This document shows positions 1 to 9,599 of a stretch of DNA of 64,000 nt, piece by piece. Made by a program: the position numbers and the translations under genes. Numbering within the stretch: the first letter of the stretch is position 1; each line of letters opens with the position of its first letter. The stretch is from a virus. The DNA lies in the IMG/VR virus record IMGVR_UViG_3300021405_000010, positions 1 to 64,000 of that record; one strand, given 5' to 3'. The notes beneath the pieces are model-generated. The model worked only from the letters and a program-made list of their open reading frames with translations. It made no database searches and was not told where the DNA came from.

Positions 1-79
1 TCAAGCAGGCCGGTTCCTGAACTGCGTCTTGAGAGTACGCCTGATTTATTTCATCTAGCAAGAAAGAAACTTAGATTGT

Positions 80-112
80 TGACATGAAGCTGATGACATG
101 ATTGATGACATG
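80..112 (+). promoter_or_regulatory. Three TGACATG direct repeats, putative RHH operator
   Basis: TGACATG at 80-86, 94-100 and 106-112; the first overlaps a TTGACA. Confidence 0.5.
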
Positions 113-114
113 GG

Positions 115-342
115 ATGCCTATTCCAGAATTTCGTGAAAGACGAAGGGACTTGCGCTTGGCGCAAGACAGATTGCGTAAGCGGATGCGAGAATCTCAAAA
201 GTGTTACCTGCAGTTCAGGGTGAGCGAGGAAACTCATCTGAAACTGAAGCAGTATTGCCAAGACATGGATGTGACGATGACGGATGTCCTCGACAAGATC
301 GTCACTGAGTTCGTTAAAAACCTCCAGGATGACGTGTCATAA
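115..342 (+). CDS. Ribbon-helix-helix (CopG/Arc-like) DNA-binding protein
   Basis: LQFRVSEETHLKLKQYC...TMTDVLDKIVTEFV fits the RHH beta-alpha-alpha pattern; three TGACATG direct repeats lie immediately upstream. Confidence 0.7.
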   Translation: MPIPEFRERRRDLRLAQDRLRKRMRESQKCYLQFRVSEETHLKLKQYCQDMDVTMTDVLDKIVTEFVKNLQDDVS

Positions 343-343
343 G

Positions 344-404
344 GTATGCTCAACGTTGCACCTTCGGCAATTTGCCGAAAAATCGGCTGATTTCCAAGGG
401 TTTA
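344..404 (+). repeat. Composite palindromic cassette, copy 1
   Basis: ATGCTCAACGTTG-N4-TTCGGCAATTTGCCGAA-aaatcGGCTGATTT; aligns with copies at 18808, 31396 and 54007. Confidence 0.9.
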
Positions 405-1121
405 CACGAGCAAATTGGCCCTTACCAGCTCCCGGCCATGACTCGTTTTGATGCCGTGAAAGAGGGCTGGCCGGGTGCCGTTTTTGCCGATTGTGACCCA
501 ATCGCCCTGGGTCATCTCGTGCCGGTTGTAGTGCTGGTAGATCAGGTCCGAATCCCGGGATAGGATGATGTAATGATCCCGGTAGAAGAAATCCCAGCCC
601 ATGGTCGAGGGGCCGATCAGGATGTTGGGGTGGTGGTCGATGAAGCGGGTCGAGAAGACGGCATTCCCGTTCATATGGAGGGTCTCGGGGCCCCCTTGCT
701 GGTGCCAGTGCCCGAAGGCCTCTTTCCCCAGGGCCTTGGTTTTCTCCCACTCATCGCTTAGCTGGTTAATCCAATCACGCCGCAAGGGGATACAGTCGGG
801 CTCAAAGAGGAGAAAGCCGTCACTCTTAACCATCTCCGCCTGGGCCAGGATCGACATCACCATGAAAGCGGAGTGGGCCAGCATGTTGGAGCCCCCGGGC
901 CAGCCGGTCTCATGGTTGTGCGCCATCCGGGCGTAAGCATGCTTAAAGCGCATCCGGGCCAGCCCCTCGAAATACTTAGGGCATCGGATATCGCAATCCT
1001 TGCGGTAGACCAGGACGAATTCACTGTCCCGGACGACAGGCTCCAGCTCGCAGATCAGCTTGGCCAGATCCATTCCGGCATCCAGATCCCCGGGGTATAC
1101 CTGAAGGCAAAGTGCTATCAT
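402..1121 (-). CDS. Putative glycosyltransferase-like (GT-A) protein
   Basis: GWPGGSN, FLLFEPDCIPL (ExD motif), HMNGNAV and terminal FHGIK; lies in a GT cluster. Confidence 0.55.
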   Translation of the reverse strand: MIALCLQVYPGDLDAGMDLAKLICELEPVVRDSEFVLVYRKDCDIRCPKYFEGLARMRFKHAYARMAHNHETGWPGGSNMLAHSAFMVMSILAQAEMVKSDGFLLFEPDCIPLRRDWINQLSDEWEKTKALGKEAFGHWHQQGGPETLHMNGNAVFSTRFIDHHPNILIGPSTMGWDFFYRDHYIILSRDSDLIYQHYNRHEMTQGDWVTIGKNGTRPALFHGIKTSHGRELVRANLLV

Positions 1122-1128
1122 TGTGGCA

Positions 1129-1887
1129 TCACAGTTTGGAGGTTAAGAATTTCTCCACTTCGGGACTCCAATCCCCGTGGCTCCAGTAGAGCCGGAAGGG
1201 CCAGTTGGCAGGCCGGTCGGTGTTCACCCGCAGAAAATAACGCTCCGGCTGGAATCTGATCGCGCACAGGTTTAAGGCCTCGTAATCCGCGAAGGTGACG
1301 GGGTGATTGAGGAAGCTGGCAAAATGGAATGGGGTATCGCTATAGACCGCCTCGTGGAAGCCCTGGCCGGTCACCTCGACGATCCGCTGCCGCGTCTTGG
1401 AGAAGGTGTCGCGCCAGAAACAGAAGGGGGCCTGGACCATGTAATCGCGATCCAGGTCCATTCCCATGACGCGCGAGGTGGATGCCCTCCACTTACGTTC
1501 GGCCACCGGGTCGCCCCGGTGCCACTCGCAGAATTCGACAATCGGCTTGCCGTCCCGTAAGAGCAAATCCAGGCTGGCCGGTTCCAGGAGCATCAGGTCG
1601 CTGTCACAGAGCACCAGCAGCTCGGCCCTAGAGTAATCGTCACTAATCATCTTCTGGTACATCTGGAAGGCGTAGCCGTCCGGCCAAGGGCGCACGTAAC
1701 GGTAAATAACCCTCGGCCCCAGCATCCAGTCAGCGATATCGGCCCGGCAGTCATCTTCCAGGCGGACGATGATGTTCCCTGGCGTTTGCCAGTTTTTTAG
1801 CAGGAGCCGCAGGTTCAAGTAGAGCCACGTCAGGTCTTTGCGGTGGCTCACGATCACTATGTCGCAGGAAGGCATAGGGCATCGCAC
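1129..1887 (-). CDS. Glycosyltransferase-like protein (DUF6492-like GT-A fold)
   Basis: DIVIVSH N-terminus, GYxxQMYQKM and VLCDSD (DxD) motifs. Confidence 0.65.
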   Translation of the reverse strand: MRCPMPSCDIVIVSHRKDLTWLYLNLRLLLKNWQTPGNIIVRLEDDCRADIADWMLGPRVIYRYVRPWPDGYAFQMYQKMISDDYSRAELLVLCDSDLMLLEPASLDLLLRDGKPIVEFCEWHRGDPVAERKWRASTSRVMGMDLDRDYMVQAPFCFWRDTFSKTRQRIVEVTGQGFHEAVYSDTPFHFASFLNHPVTFADYEALNLCAIRFQPERYFLRVNTDRPANWPFRLYWSHGDWSPEVEKFLTSKL

Positions 1888-2567
1888 TGAGCGCCTTCAA
1901 ACCCGTCCCAGCCGCCGCCCTGGGGGTAAAACTCCACCACCCGGTAAAGGAGGTCCTCTTCCAGGACAAGCCGCAGCTCCAGGTTGGAATAGCCCTGGCG
2001 TGCCAGGGCGATCGGGTTAATCTCCATCCAGATGGCAGGCCGGTTGCGCGCAATCGTCTGGCGAGCGCCCCGCAGAGCGGCTGGCTCACAACCCTCGATA
2101 TCGATCTTCATGAAGGACACATGGCCGCCAAAGACGCAGTTCTTGTCGAGCGTTATCTGGCGGACCATGCTCCCGGGCCACTGCAGCGCGGGGTCAATCA
2201 AGTGGCTACCGGCGACCGGTCCCGGCTGATGAAAAAGCATGCTTTGCCCTTCGGTTTCGCCCACCGCATACGGCAGGCAAAGTGCTCCTGGGCAATTGCG
2301 TTTCAGGCATTCAAACTGGACCGGGTGGGGCTCAAAGGCGACCACGGTTCCGGCGATCCCGAGATAAAACAGGGTGTGGTCACCGATCGCGGCTCCAAGG
2401 TCACAAACCCAGGACCCAACCTGAATATGAGGGCGAATCTTTTCTAAGACCGGCGTGTCATGATCAAGCCGGTGACCTTGCTCAACCCATCTGGACAGAT
2501 GGGTATCGTGCTTCAGGACCCACCAGCCTTCCGGCGTCTGCATGATCTGGTCGTCGATCGTGTTCAT
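1857..2567 (-). CDS. FkbM family methyltransferase
   Basis: DLGAAIGDHT, VAFEP, ITLD and FMKIDIEGCE...LRGARQTI...P.IWMEI motifs. Confidence 0.9.
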   Translation of the reverse strand: MNTIDDQIMQTPEGWWVLKHDTHLSRWVEQGHRLDHDTPVLEKIRPHIQVGSWVCDLGAAIGDHTLFYLGIAGTVVAFEPHPVQFECLKRNCPGALCLPYAVGETEGQSMLFHQPGPVAGSHLIDPALQWPGSMVRQITLDKNCVFGGHVSFMKIDIEGCEPAALRGARQTIARNRPAIWMEINPIALARQGYSNLELRLVLEEDLLYRVVEFYPQGGGWDGFEGAQCDALCLPAT

Positions 2568-2782
2568 TTTTTCACGTCAAACGAATGGAGCCCGGCCAGC
2601 GCCGTGACCAGGGCGGTGACCGCCAGTTGCATCTCTTTCAGGTTATCCCGGGAAAAGAAAGCGGTGCTCCAGAGCTTGCCCTGGCTCGGGATCTCGGTGA
2701 TCAAAAAGGTGAAGACAGGGAAGGCGAAAAAGTAGGTAATGGCCCCCCAGCGCAAAACCTTAAGCCAGAGGGGATCTTTCAT
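2564..2782 (-). CDS. Small two-TM membrane protein, holin-like
   Basis: Two hydrophobic segments; TALV.ALAGLHSFD ending; paralogue of 38537-38800. Confidence 0.5.
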   Translation of the reverse strand: MKDPLWLKVLRWGAITYFFAFPVFTFLITEIPSQGKLWSTAFFSRDNLKEMQLAVTALVTALAGLHSFDVKK

Positions 2783-2785
2783 AGC

Positions 2786-4195
2786 TTAGAGCGCCATTAA
2801 CGACTGGGTATGCTCCGGCATGAAGGCCATATTCCCAATGTGGCCACAGACTAACTGAGTGTCGAGCCAGATCGGGATCGAGCAGGCCCGGACCCGCTGA
2901 CAGAAGGCTTCGTCCTCACCTTCGTCGGCTTCGACATGAAAGAAGCGCCAGGGCGCAAATTCCGATTGCGGGGCCAAGTTAGGGAACCTACGCTGGACCT
3001 CCAGGAATACCTCCCGATGAACCAGAGCGCACCCGAAGCCCAGCCATTCGACCGCTGCCAATCCTTGCCCCTGACCGCGACGGATCTGATTGGCCAGGAG
3101 TTTGTCTTCGTGCGACCGAGGTTTGATTTCGGGCTGGATAACCAAGCTGCCGTGATAGCGGCGGCTTGCGTACACTCCGCCCACAATGGCCTTGCGGTGA
3201 CTCATCAGCCGCTCTAGGACATCAAAGTCGCAGCTTTCGTTGGCGATCGTAGTCGAGGCGGTGATCCACCTGAACCAGTTGCCGTTGGCGATCGGCGCGG
3301 CCATGTCAGAGTCAATCCACAGGCTCCAGAGGGCCCCGCTTTTTAAGAACCGCTGAGCCAGGACGTTCCGGGAGCGGTCGATCTTGGTGTCGGCCTGGAC
3401 GTCAAAGCCCAACTCATATTTTTTGGCGAGATAGAGCATGGTCCACATAAAGGGCAGCGTTGGCCGCTCCAGGATCGGCGCACAGACCATCACGTTGGTT
3501 TTGCCGCGATTGGGGTAGCTCCAGGTGCCGCCGTCCCCGTTGACGTCGAAGTGGGGCTCCAGGATCTCGATGATGTCGTCCCGGACCTCCGGCGCTTTCT
3601 GCAAGAACTTAACGATCGCGCCCAGGGGGATATTCGCCGGGTTCTGGCACCAATTCTTCAAAGTTTGCTGGCTTCGATCGTAGAACTTCTGGCAGGCTTC
3701 TGACTTCTCCCCACCCAGCTCAAAAATATGATCCAGGATTGCCTGAGTCAGGTCCAGTTGATGGTTTCGACCGTTTTTCTGGTCTGGTTGATTTATAGCC
3801 GCATCAACTGAACCAGAATTTTCGACTGGAGCGTCAACAATCCCAGGATTGACCGGCGGCGGAGCACTGGTCATAGGGTTGGTCTTAGTCGGTTCGACAA
3901 AGGTGCCGATCGTCGTCCGATTAGCGCCCGAGGGAGGCACCACCGCCATCGACGGGGCACCTTGCTCATCCTTCTTTGGCGGGACCACCATCATCGCCGG
4001 TTGGCCCCGGCCCACAATCTGCTGGATCACCACCCCTTCAGGGACCGGGGTGCCGGTCGGGATCTGGGCCTGTTTACTCGGGACACTCCCCTTTACCCCC
4101 GGCGCGTAGAGATCGCCTATCGGGGCCGGTTGCGGTGGGGCCCCTGTCTTATTGCCAAACTTTGCCTCCAAAGCCGCTGCGTCGATGTTGATCAT
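2786..4195 (-). CDS. Fusion: Pro-rich N-terminus, putative HTH, and C-terminal GT2-like glycosyltransferase
   Basis: RSRNVLA, LWIDSDM (DxD), IVGGVY, GFGCALVHREVF, GEDEAFC and CGHIG motifs; central EACQKFYDRSQQTLKNW..NP..IP looks HTH-like. Confidence 0.75.
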   Translation of the reverse strand: MINIDAAALEAKFGNKTGAPPQPAPIGDLYAPGVKGSVPSKQAQIPTGTPVPEGVVIQQIVGRGQPAMMVVPPKKDEQGAPSMAVVPPSGANRTTIGTFVEPTKTNPMTSAPPPVNPGIVDAPVENSGSVDAAINQPDQKNGRNHQLDLTQAILDHIFELGGEKSEACQKFYDRSQQTLKNWCQNPANIPLGAIVKFLQKAPEVRDDIIEILEPHFDVNGDGGTWSYPNRGKTNVMVCAPILERPTLPFMWTMLYLAKKYELGFDVQADTKIDRSRNVLAQRFLKSGALWSLWIDSDMAAPIANGNWFRWITASTTIANESCDFDVLERLMSHRKAIVGGVYASRRYHGSLVIQPEIKPRSHEDKLLANQIRRGQGQGLAAVEWLGFGCALVHREVFLEVQRRFPNLAPQSEFAPWRFFHVEADEGEDEAFCQRVRACSIPIWLDTQLVCGHIGNMAFMPEHTQSLMAL

Positions 4196-4599
4196 GTTGT
4201 TCCTTTCAGCCGGTGGAAACGGGCTAGGGCTCGCGTTCGTTCACAGACCCGGCACCGTCGCCGGTTGCTGCTTCCATACCGCGCTGTGTTCTCCTCGTTG
4301 TAGGGATGACCGGCGGGGCAGTGTGTTTTCGTTTCGTTGCCATTGGTGTTGGGAGGATGAAGTTTGCGGTGCTCGGATCGGGTTACGGCTTCGAGATGGT
4401 CAGGACAAACACATCTCCGGTTTTCACATTTGTGGTGGATCTCTTTGCCCTCGGGGATGGGTCCATTGAAGTAGCTGTAAACGAAAGCATGCTTTCCGTA
4501 GCCGCCAGAGCCTGTCGCTCCTTCCCAGATCCAGCAGTCACCAAAGACGGTCTGTTTGGCAATCTGGCCTAGCTGTTCATCCGCAGAGAGTTTTCTCAC
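4192..4599 (-). CDS. HNH endonuclease with Zn-finger tail (homing-endonuclease type)
   Basis: CWIWEG..GYG, GPIPEG.EIHHKCENRRCV.PDHLEAVT and KTHCPAGHPY...CRVC motifs. Confidence 0.85.
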   Translation of the reverse strand: MRKLSADEQLGQIAKQTVFGDCWIWEGATGSGGYGKHAFVYSYFNGPIPEGKEIHHKCENRRCVCPDHLEAVTRSEHRKLHPPNTNGNETKTHCPAGHPYNEENTARYGSSNRRRCRVCERTRALARFHRLKGTT

Positions 4600-5918
4600 G
4601 TGGTGCCATCCCCCCAGTCGTATTTCTCGAAGGAGCGTCTGACGTCTAAATCTTTGATACTCAGCCCTCCGTTGTTCTTCGCGGAGCTGGCAGGCGGGGT
4701 GCCGGTGGTGTGACTGATCTTGCGCCGGGCCCCGGTAATTTTATCGAGTTCCGTTTTAAACTGGTCACGCTCGGCCCTGACCGTTTTTAGCTCTTTTTCC
4801 ATCTCCTTATACTCGCCCTCCAGGAGCTGGGCCCTGGTGGCTTCGACAGAGGCGCGCACCCAGGCCTTGGGCCCGTTGTTACTCAGATCTTTCATGGTGT
4901 CCTGGAAGTAGGTGTTGAGCTTAGTGAACCGCTCGTTGTGAGCCTCGATCGCTTCCCGTTCTTCCTTGGTCTTGGCTTTCTCGGGGTCGCGCGGCAGGAC
5001 CTCCTGGATCCGTTTCTCCTGGATCCCGATCTCGGTCATGATCTCTTCGTGGACCCTTTTAGCGGTAGTCTCGGTCTTCTCCTTGATCCAGTTGTCGAAC
5101 GACGATTTGTCGTTGGTCCGCCGGGTGATCTCGGTGTCGCGCTCCTTCTGCATTTTGAGCAGGTTAGTGACACTCTGGAGAAGGCTCGCCCGGTCCATCT
5201 CGTTTGGCACCTTGGCGATTACACTGTTCTGCCACCAGTTGCGGTCGAGCGAGTCCGGGGAATAGTTCTCCGCGATGTATTTGGCCCAGGCCTGGGCGGC
5301 GGCCTTGTCCGGGAGCACCTCCACCGCTTCGTTTAAAACGGATTGAAAGGTGTTGTGGACCGGCTGATGGAATTTCTGGACGAAGTCCGGGTCGCTCGCG
5401 AAATCGAACTTCCGGCGGATCGCGGCGGCGTGCTCGTAGTCCGCCTTGACCTCTGGGGTCAGGGAATTGGCGCGCGCCTCGGCCAGCTCTTTTTCCAGCT
5501 TGGTCGCGCGGTCGGCCTCGGCCTTGGCTTTAGCCCGGTCGGCCTGCCAGAGGGCTTTGATGTCCGAGAACTGCTTCTTGATCTGCGGATTGTGGGGGTC
5601 TTCCTCCAGGTCCCCCCATTTATCGATCTCCTCGTCCGAAAGCTCTTTCGTTTCAGGAACCGGCTTAACCGTCTCGGTTTTCAGGGCAGGCGTCTCGGTG
5701 CGAACCCGTTTCGTCTCAGGTTTGGCCTCTTTCGTTTCCTGGGCCGCGCCGTCGCCGGGAGCCGCCGGGGCGCTGTCACCGGCCTTGTCATCTTCCTCCT
5801 TCCAGAAGTCCTCAAACTGGGCGTTTAGACTGGCGGCGACTTCCTTGTCTACCCCAGTGTCGGTAGTGACGGTTTCAGTGACCGTGCTCGTGTTTAATGG
5901 GGGATCCTCGTCGGGCAT
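4596..5918 (-). CDS. Putative scaffolding protein (acidic, coiled-coil)
   Basis: Acidic disordered N-terminus and long helical segments; located downstream of the portal. Confidence 0.55.
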   Translation of the reverse strand: MPDEDPPLNTSTVTETVTTDTGVDKEVAASLNAQFEDFWKEEDDKAGDSAPAAPGDGAAQETKEAKPETKRVRTETPALKTETVKPVPETKELSDEEIDKWGDLEEDPHNPQIKKQFSDIKALWQADRAKAKAEADRATKLEKELAEARANSLTPEVKADYEHAAAIRRKFDFASDPDFVQKFHQPVHNTFQSVLNEAVEVLPDKAAAQAWAKYIAENYSPDSLDRNWWQNSVIAKVPNEMDRASLLQSVTNLLKMQKERDTEITRRTNDKSSFDNWIKEKTETTAKRVHEEIMTEIGIQEKRIQEVLPRDPEKAKTKEEREAIEAHNERFTKLNTYFQDTMKDLSNNGPKAWVRASVEATRAQLLEGEYKEMEKELKTVRAERDQFKTELDKITGARRKISHTTGTPPASSAKNNGGLSIKDLDVRRSFEKYDWGDGTT

Positions 5919-5921
5919 ATG

Positions 5922-6209
5922 CTAGTCTTTCGTGGGATCAATCCCTTGCACGCTCGCGGAAACGGGTTCTCGCAGAGTCGTCCGGGTGTTGGAGATCTCT
6001 TCCCAGGCTTTCTCGTAGCCTGCGACCAAGCAGCCGGTTAAGGCCGCTCTCTCAGTGCTGGATTGATCGATCTTTGGTTTACGCGCCCAGAGCACCTGGA
6101 GCCACCTGATCCCTACCGGCGTACTAAGGAACTCGTTCACCGCCGCCGCTTCGCTCGGGCTCCAATCCTTCAGGGCCCCTACGGTTGGAATAAGTGGTTG
6201 CGGTTTCAC
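5922..6209 (-). CDS. Hypothetical protein between portal and scaffold
   Basis: Coupled to the portal stop; typical position and size. Confidence 0.6.
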   Translation of the reverse strand: MKPQPLIPTVGALKDWSPSEAAAVNEFLSTPVGIRWLQVLWARKPKIDQSSTERAALTGCLVAGYEKAWEEISNTRTTLREPVSASVQGIDPTKD

Positions 6210-8731
6210 TGGCCGCCTCCTGTCTGTGCGCCAGCCATTGCCCCGGCCCCGAGCCCTGGCGGCCCCGCAGAGCCGTTACCATTGCCGCCGGGCATCCCTG
6301 CCGCGTTATTGCCCATCGGAAGCCCCATGGGGCCGTGGATCGCTCCTGGAGGCCCTCCTGGCGCTGGCGCTCCGCCGGGCCCACCCGGCACTCCGGCCAC
6401 CCCGCCGGTCTGCTGGGCTAACATCTGCATCTGAGCCTGCATCATCTCGGCCTGTTGCACTTTCTGGACCAGCTCGTTTAGCATTTTCTCCAGGTCCTTC
6501 ATCTGGAGGATCTGGGGTTTAAGCTGCCGTTTATTGGCCCCGGCCTGCATCATTGCTTGGATGTGTGCCTCGGCATGCGTTGCCCCCAGCTTGCATGCCT
6601 GAAGTAGGTCTTTAGGGATCTGAACGGGAGGCATCTGAGAAGCAATTTTAAGGTGATCAGCCACCGCCGGAATAATGGTCTGGAAGTGTTGCATGTGTGG
6701 ATCGCGCTGGCTAACCTGCACACCGATCCCGCTCCCGAGCATGGTTGACCACTCCATTTGTTGCGACCTCTGGGCTTCGATATCGCTCGTCTGACTGGGC
6801 TGGGGCACATAGATCTCCTTGCACGTTTTAAACCCGATCATCCGGTTGGCCGCCATTTCGTCGAGCTTGGATTGGTCGAAGTTGGGGTTCTGCCGGGCCA
6901 GCTGGTAGAATTGCAAGAACATCATGTCGTCCTGGGCCCCGGCGGCTGCCGTAAATTCGGTGGCCGGTTCGTGGGCCAGGATAATGATCTCCTGGATCGA
7001 GAGCCCGTCATCCATCAGGGCGATGATGGTGTTGACGCTCGCTTCGTCCGCCTGGGCCAGATCGGGAGCCGCGACAAACATCTCAGAGGTCGTCGAATCG
7101 ACCTCCATCATGGCCGAATAGAGGTCCTTAGCGATCATCGTCTTACCGGTGTCGCTCGCCTTGAGCCGGGCCTTCCTCTGCTTGAGCGCGGCTCGCAAAT
7201 TAGTCTTGGAATAGATCCGCCGCTGCATCGAGCTAATCCCCTTAGTGAACTGAACCCACCAGCGGTTCATCATCCCCTGTTTAACCTCTTCCTCCTTGAC
7301 GGCATCGATCGACTCTTTAGTGGCCGTCTGGATCATCTGGCCATTGTTAGAGATCTGCTGCTGATCGGGCAGGAACGCTCCGGCGATGATTTCCGCCGTG
7401 TTAGTCATTTTCTGGTCTAACCCGAGCCAGTTGTTAATATCGACCCGGAACTGCTGCATGAGGAGCGTAAAGCCTTCCGGGACGATCATGAAAGGCGATT
7501 TCACATGCGGTTGCAAGCGCCCGATAATCGCCTCCTCGGCCTGCCCAACTAAGAGTCCCGAAATATACATCGCATCAATAAAGCTCATCCTGGCCTTCTC
7601 GGTGGCAAGGCTAATATTGTAGAGAAGCCTGCCAATCCCCTTAGAGCCAAATAACCGGTTATTCCCAGCCTGGAAGCTGAAGAGGGTAATCGCATCATCC
7701 ATCGCGGTCGCCACCGCCTCAAAGTACCCCAGCTCATAGGGGTCATCGTCCATCGGCTTAGGCTCGTCGCCAGACGGGTCAAATTCCGGCTTGGGTTTGG
7801 GCTTGTTGCGCTTTTCGCTCCGGCTCTGGTTATTGCTTCGCTTGCTCCCGTTGCGGTTGACCCACCAGTGGTCAACCGTGTTATCGTAGCACTTCACGAA
7901 AACGTGACACGTCTCAAGCATCTTGGAGGATTTATGAAAGGAGTAATAGAGGTTACCTTCCCGGACCATGTCGGAGAGCTGACGGGGATTGTAGACAAAA
8001 CTGTCATAGGGTGGAGCGGCTTTCTCGATCGCAGTCTTGATGTTCTGGACATTGTAGCCAGCTTCCTGGGCCGTATCGGCATCCTCGATGATCGCCACCG
8101 CCTCATGGATGTAATAGTTGGCTTTGATAACGAACACCGGCAGCTTTTCAGCGAGCTGCGGAGCCTGTTCATCAAAGAGCATATCCTCCTGCCGAAACGT
8201 CTTGGGACGCCACTCGTACTCGTCCATCTGGACGGCACCTGTGTAGCCGTAGAGCACGTTCTCGGTCGCTATCTGCTCAACATGGTCGATCCACCCGTTC
8301 CAGCTTCTGATCTGCTCCGTGGTGCGCTCCCGGAACTTCTGTGTTTTGTTGGTCGCCTCGACAAAACTGGCGGGCAGTTCAGACGCAGTGAGGTACTTCA
8401 TGCCGTGTACCGCATCGGTGAGTCTTGGCGTCACTCGATCTACGAATGTGGCCAGGACGAGCGTCGAGAAATTCGCACGCCAGCCCTGCTCCTGGGTGTC
8501 CAGCTTTTTCTGGTCAAATGGGTTCCCTCCGTTGTAGGAGTCAGTGATCAGCTTGTTGCGATTGGCCCGAGCTTGGTTATCGCGCTGCAGACGAGTGAAA
8601 ACCTCGAAAGCCTGCTGGGCGGAAGTGATCGGTTTATTTACGACCTCTGTGGAGTCCTCGCCAAACTTGGGGGTATTAAAGCGGCCTAACTGCTCGCCGC
8701 CAAAGGAGTCGGTGATGTTGTCGCTGGCCAT
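6206..8731 (-). CDS. Portal protein
   Basis: 841 aa, downstream of the terminase; Q/M-rich helical C-terminus with DPH..H motif and Gly/Pro tail as in P22-like portals. Confidence 0.75.
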   Translation of the reverse strand: MASDNITDSFGGEQLGRFNTPKFGEDSTEVVNKPITSAQQAFEVFTRLQRDNQARANRNKLITDSYNGGNPFDQKKLDTQEQGWRANFSTLVLATFVDRVTPRLTDAVHGMKYLTASELPASFVEATNKTQKFRERTTEQIRSWNGWIDHVEQIATENVLYGYTGAVQMDEYEWRPKTFRQEDMLFDEQAPQLAEKLPVFVIKANYYIHEAVAIIEDADTAQEAGYNVQNIKTAIEKAAPPYDSFVYNPRQLSDMVREGNLYYSFHKSSKMLETCHVFVKCYDNTVDHWWVNRNGSKRSNNQSRSEKRNKPKPKPEFDPSGDEPKPMDDDPYELGYFEAVATAMDDAITLFSFQAGNNRLFGSKGIGRLLYNISLATEKARMSFIDAMYISGLLVGQAEEAIIGRLQPHVKSPFMIVPEGFTLLMQQFRVDINNWLGLDQKMTNTAEIIAGAFLPDQQQISNNGQMIQTATKESIDAVKEEEVKQGMMNRWWVQFTKGISSMQRRIYSKTNLRAALKQRKARLKASDTGKTMIAKDLYSAMMEVDSTTSEMFVAAPDLAQADEASVNTIIALMDDGLSIQEIIILAHEPATEFTAAAGAQDDMMFLQFYQLARQNPNFDQSKLDEMAANRMIGFKTCKEIYVPQPSQTSDIEAQRSQQMEWSTMLGSGIGVQVSQRDPHMQHFQTIIPAVADHLKIASQMPPVQIPKDLLQACKLGATHAEAHIQAMMQAGANKRQLKPQILQMKDLEKMLNELVQKVQQAEMMQAQMQMLAQQTGGVAGVPGGPGGAPAPGGPPGAIHGPMGLPMGNNAAGMPGGNGNGSAGPPGLGAGAMAGAQTGGGQ

Positions 8732-8735
8732 AAAC

Positions 8736-8975
8736 TTATTTGGTAGGGGTTGAGCTTGGCAGCACAGTGGATTTCACCCCTTGGATTTCTTTCTCCAAGA
8801 TGGCCGTCTGCTGATTGACCAGGGTGCGGATATCGGCGGCTTTCTGCTCCATCAGGTTGGCTTTGGTGCCCATTACCTTTTCGATATCGACTGACTGCAG
8901 GACGTTGACGATCTGCAGAATCACCACGGCGATTCCGCCGATCACGGCGAGGGCTTGCTTGATCTGAGTGGTCAT
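8736..8975 (-). CDS. Small membrane-anchored coiled-coil protein
   Basis: Starts MTTQIKQALAVIGGIAVVILQIV; ATGA overlap with the upstream gene. Confidence 0.55.
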   Translation of the reverse strand: MTTQIKQALAVIGGIAVVILQIVNVLQSVDIEKVMGTKANLMEQKAADIRTLVNQQTAILEKEIQGVKSTVLPSSTPTK

Positions 8976-9592
8976 GCCTTCCAACAATGGGGTGGGGGAG
9001 GTTGTTCTGAAGTGGAATGGGTATCGGTGAGCCAGACGGCGACCTCGTTTAAGTGGCCGTAGAGGCGGCACATGAAAAGCCGCCGGTCCAAGGGCGTATA
9101 GAGTGATCCCTTGGCCTGCTGGATCCGGACCAGGATGTTGTCGTTGCAGGGGGCGCACGGAGTGGACCAGCGGACGTTCTGAGGGCACTGGACGCAAACT
9201 TGAGCCCGGTGCCCGGCCAGGGCGTAATCGACATGCTCGACCCGGGCATGGCCCAGCTGGGCTATCCACGCTCCGGCCCGGTCGATGGGACGGCTGTAAT
9301 CAGGCCGGTTTCCGATCCCCGGCGTAACGGCTGGCGGGGACCAGCTGTCGGCACAGTTCTGGCGGAAGTTGGCGCACAGATAGGTCTTCAAATCCGCGCG
9401 CACCGATTGGATGTTGGCGCTCGGGGCCCCGCATAATTCCAGGTGCCGTAAGCGGAAATCGAGGATGTTGGAGAGAAGCTCCTCGAAACTGTAAGCCGTG
9501 ATCTTGACCGACTGGCCGGTGCCCAGAGCTTGGGGGTAATGCCAGCCGCCCGGCATGACCACGGACGTAACGATGCCGTACTCGACAGACAA
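8972..9592 (-). CDS. Cys-rich hypothetical protein
   Basis: PGGWHY, CVQCPQN, CAPC and terminal HCWK; in the head operon. Confidence 0.65.
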   Translation of the reverse strand: MSVEYGIVTSVVMPGGWHYPQALGTGQSVKITAYSFEELLSNILDFRLRHLELCGAPSANIQSVRADLKTYLCANFRQNCADSWSPPAVTPGIGNRPDYSRPIDRAGAWIAQLGHARVEHVDYALAGHRAQVCVQCPQNVRWSTPCAPCNDNILVRIQQAKGSLYTPLDRRLFMCRLYGHLNEVAVWLTDTHSTSEQPPPPHCWKA

Positions 9593-9599
9593 AGTGATC

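Noticed and set aside
7868-8689. Long plus-strand ORFs antisense to the portal and other large genes (also 6758-7420, 57161-58210)
   Set aside because: Shadow ORFs expected from high-GC codon bias opposite well-supported genes
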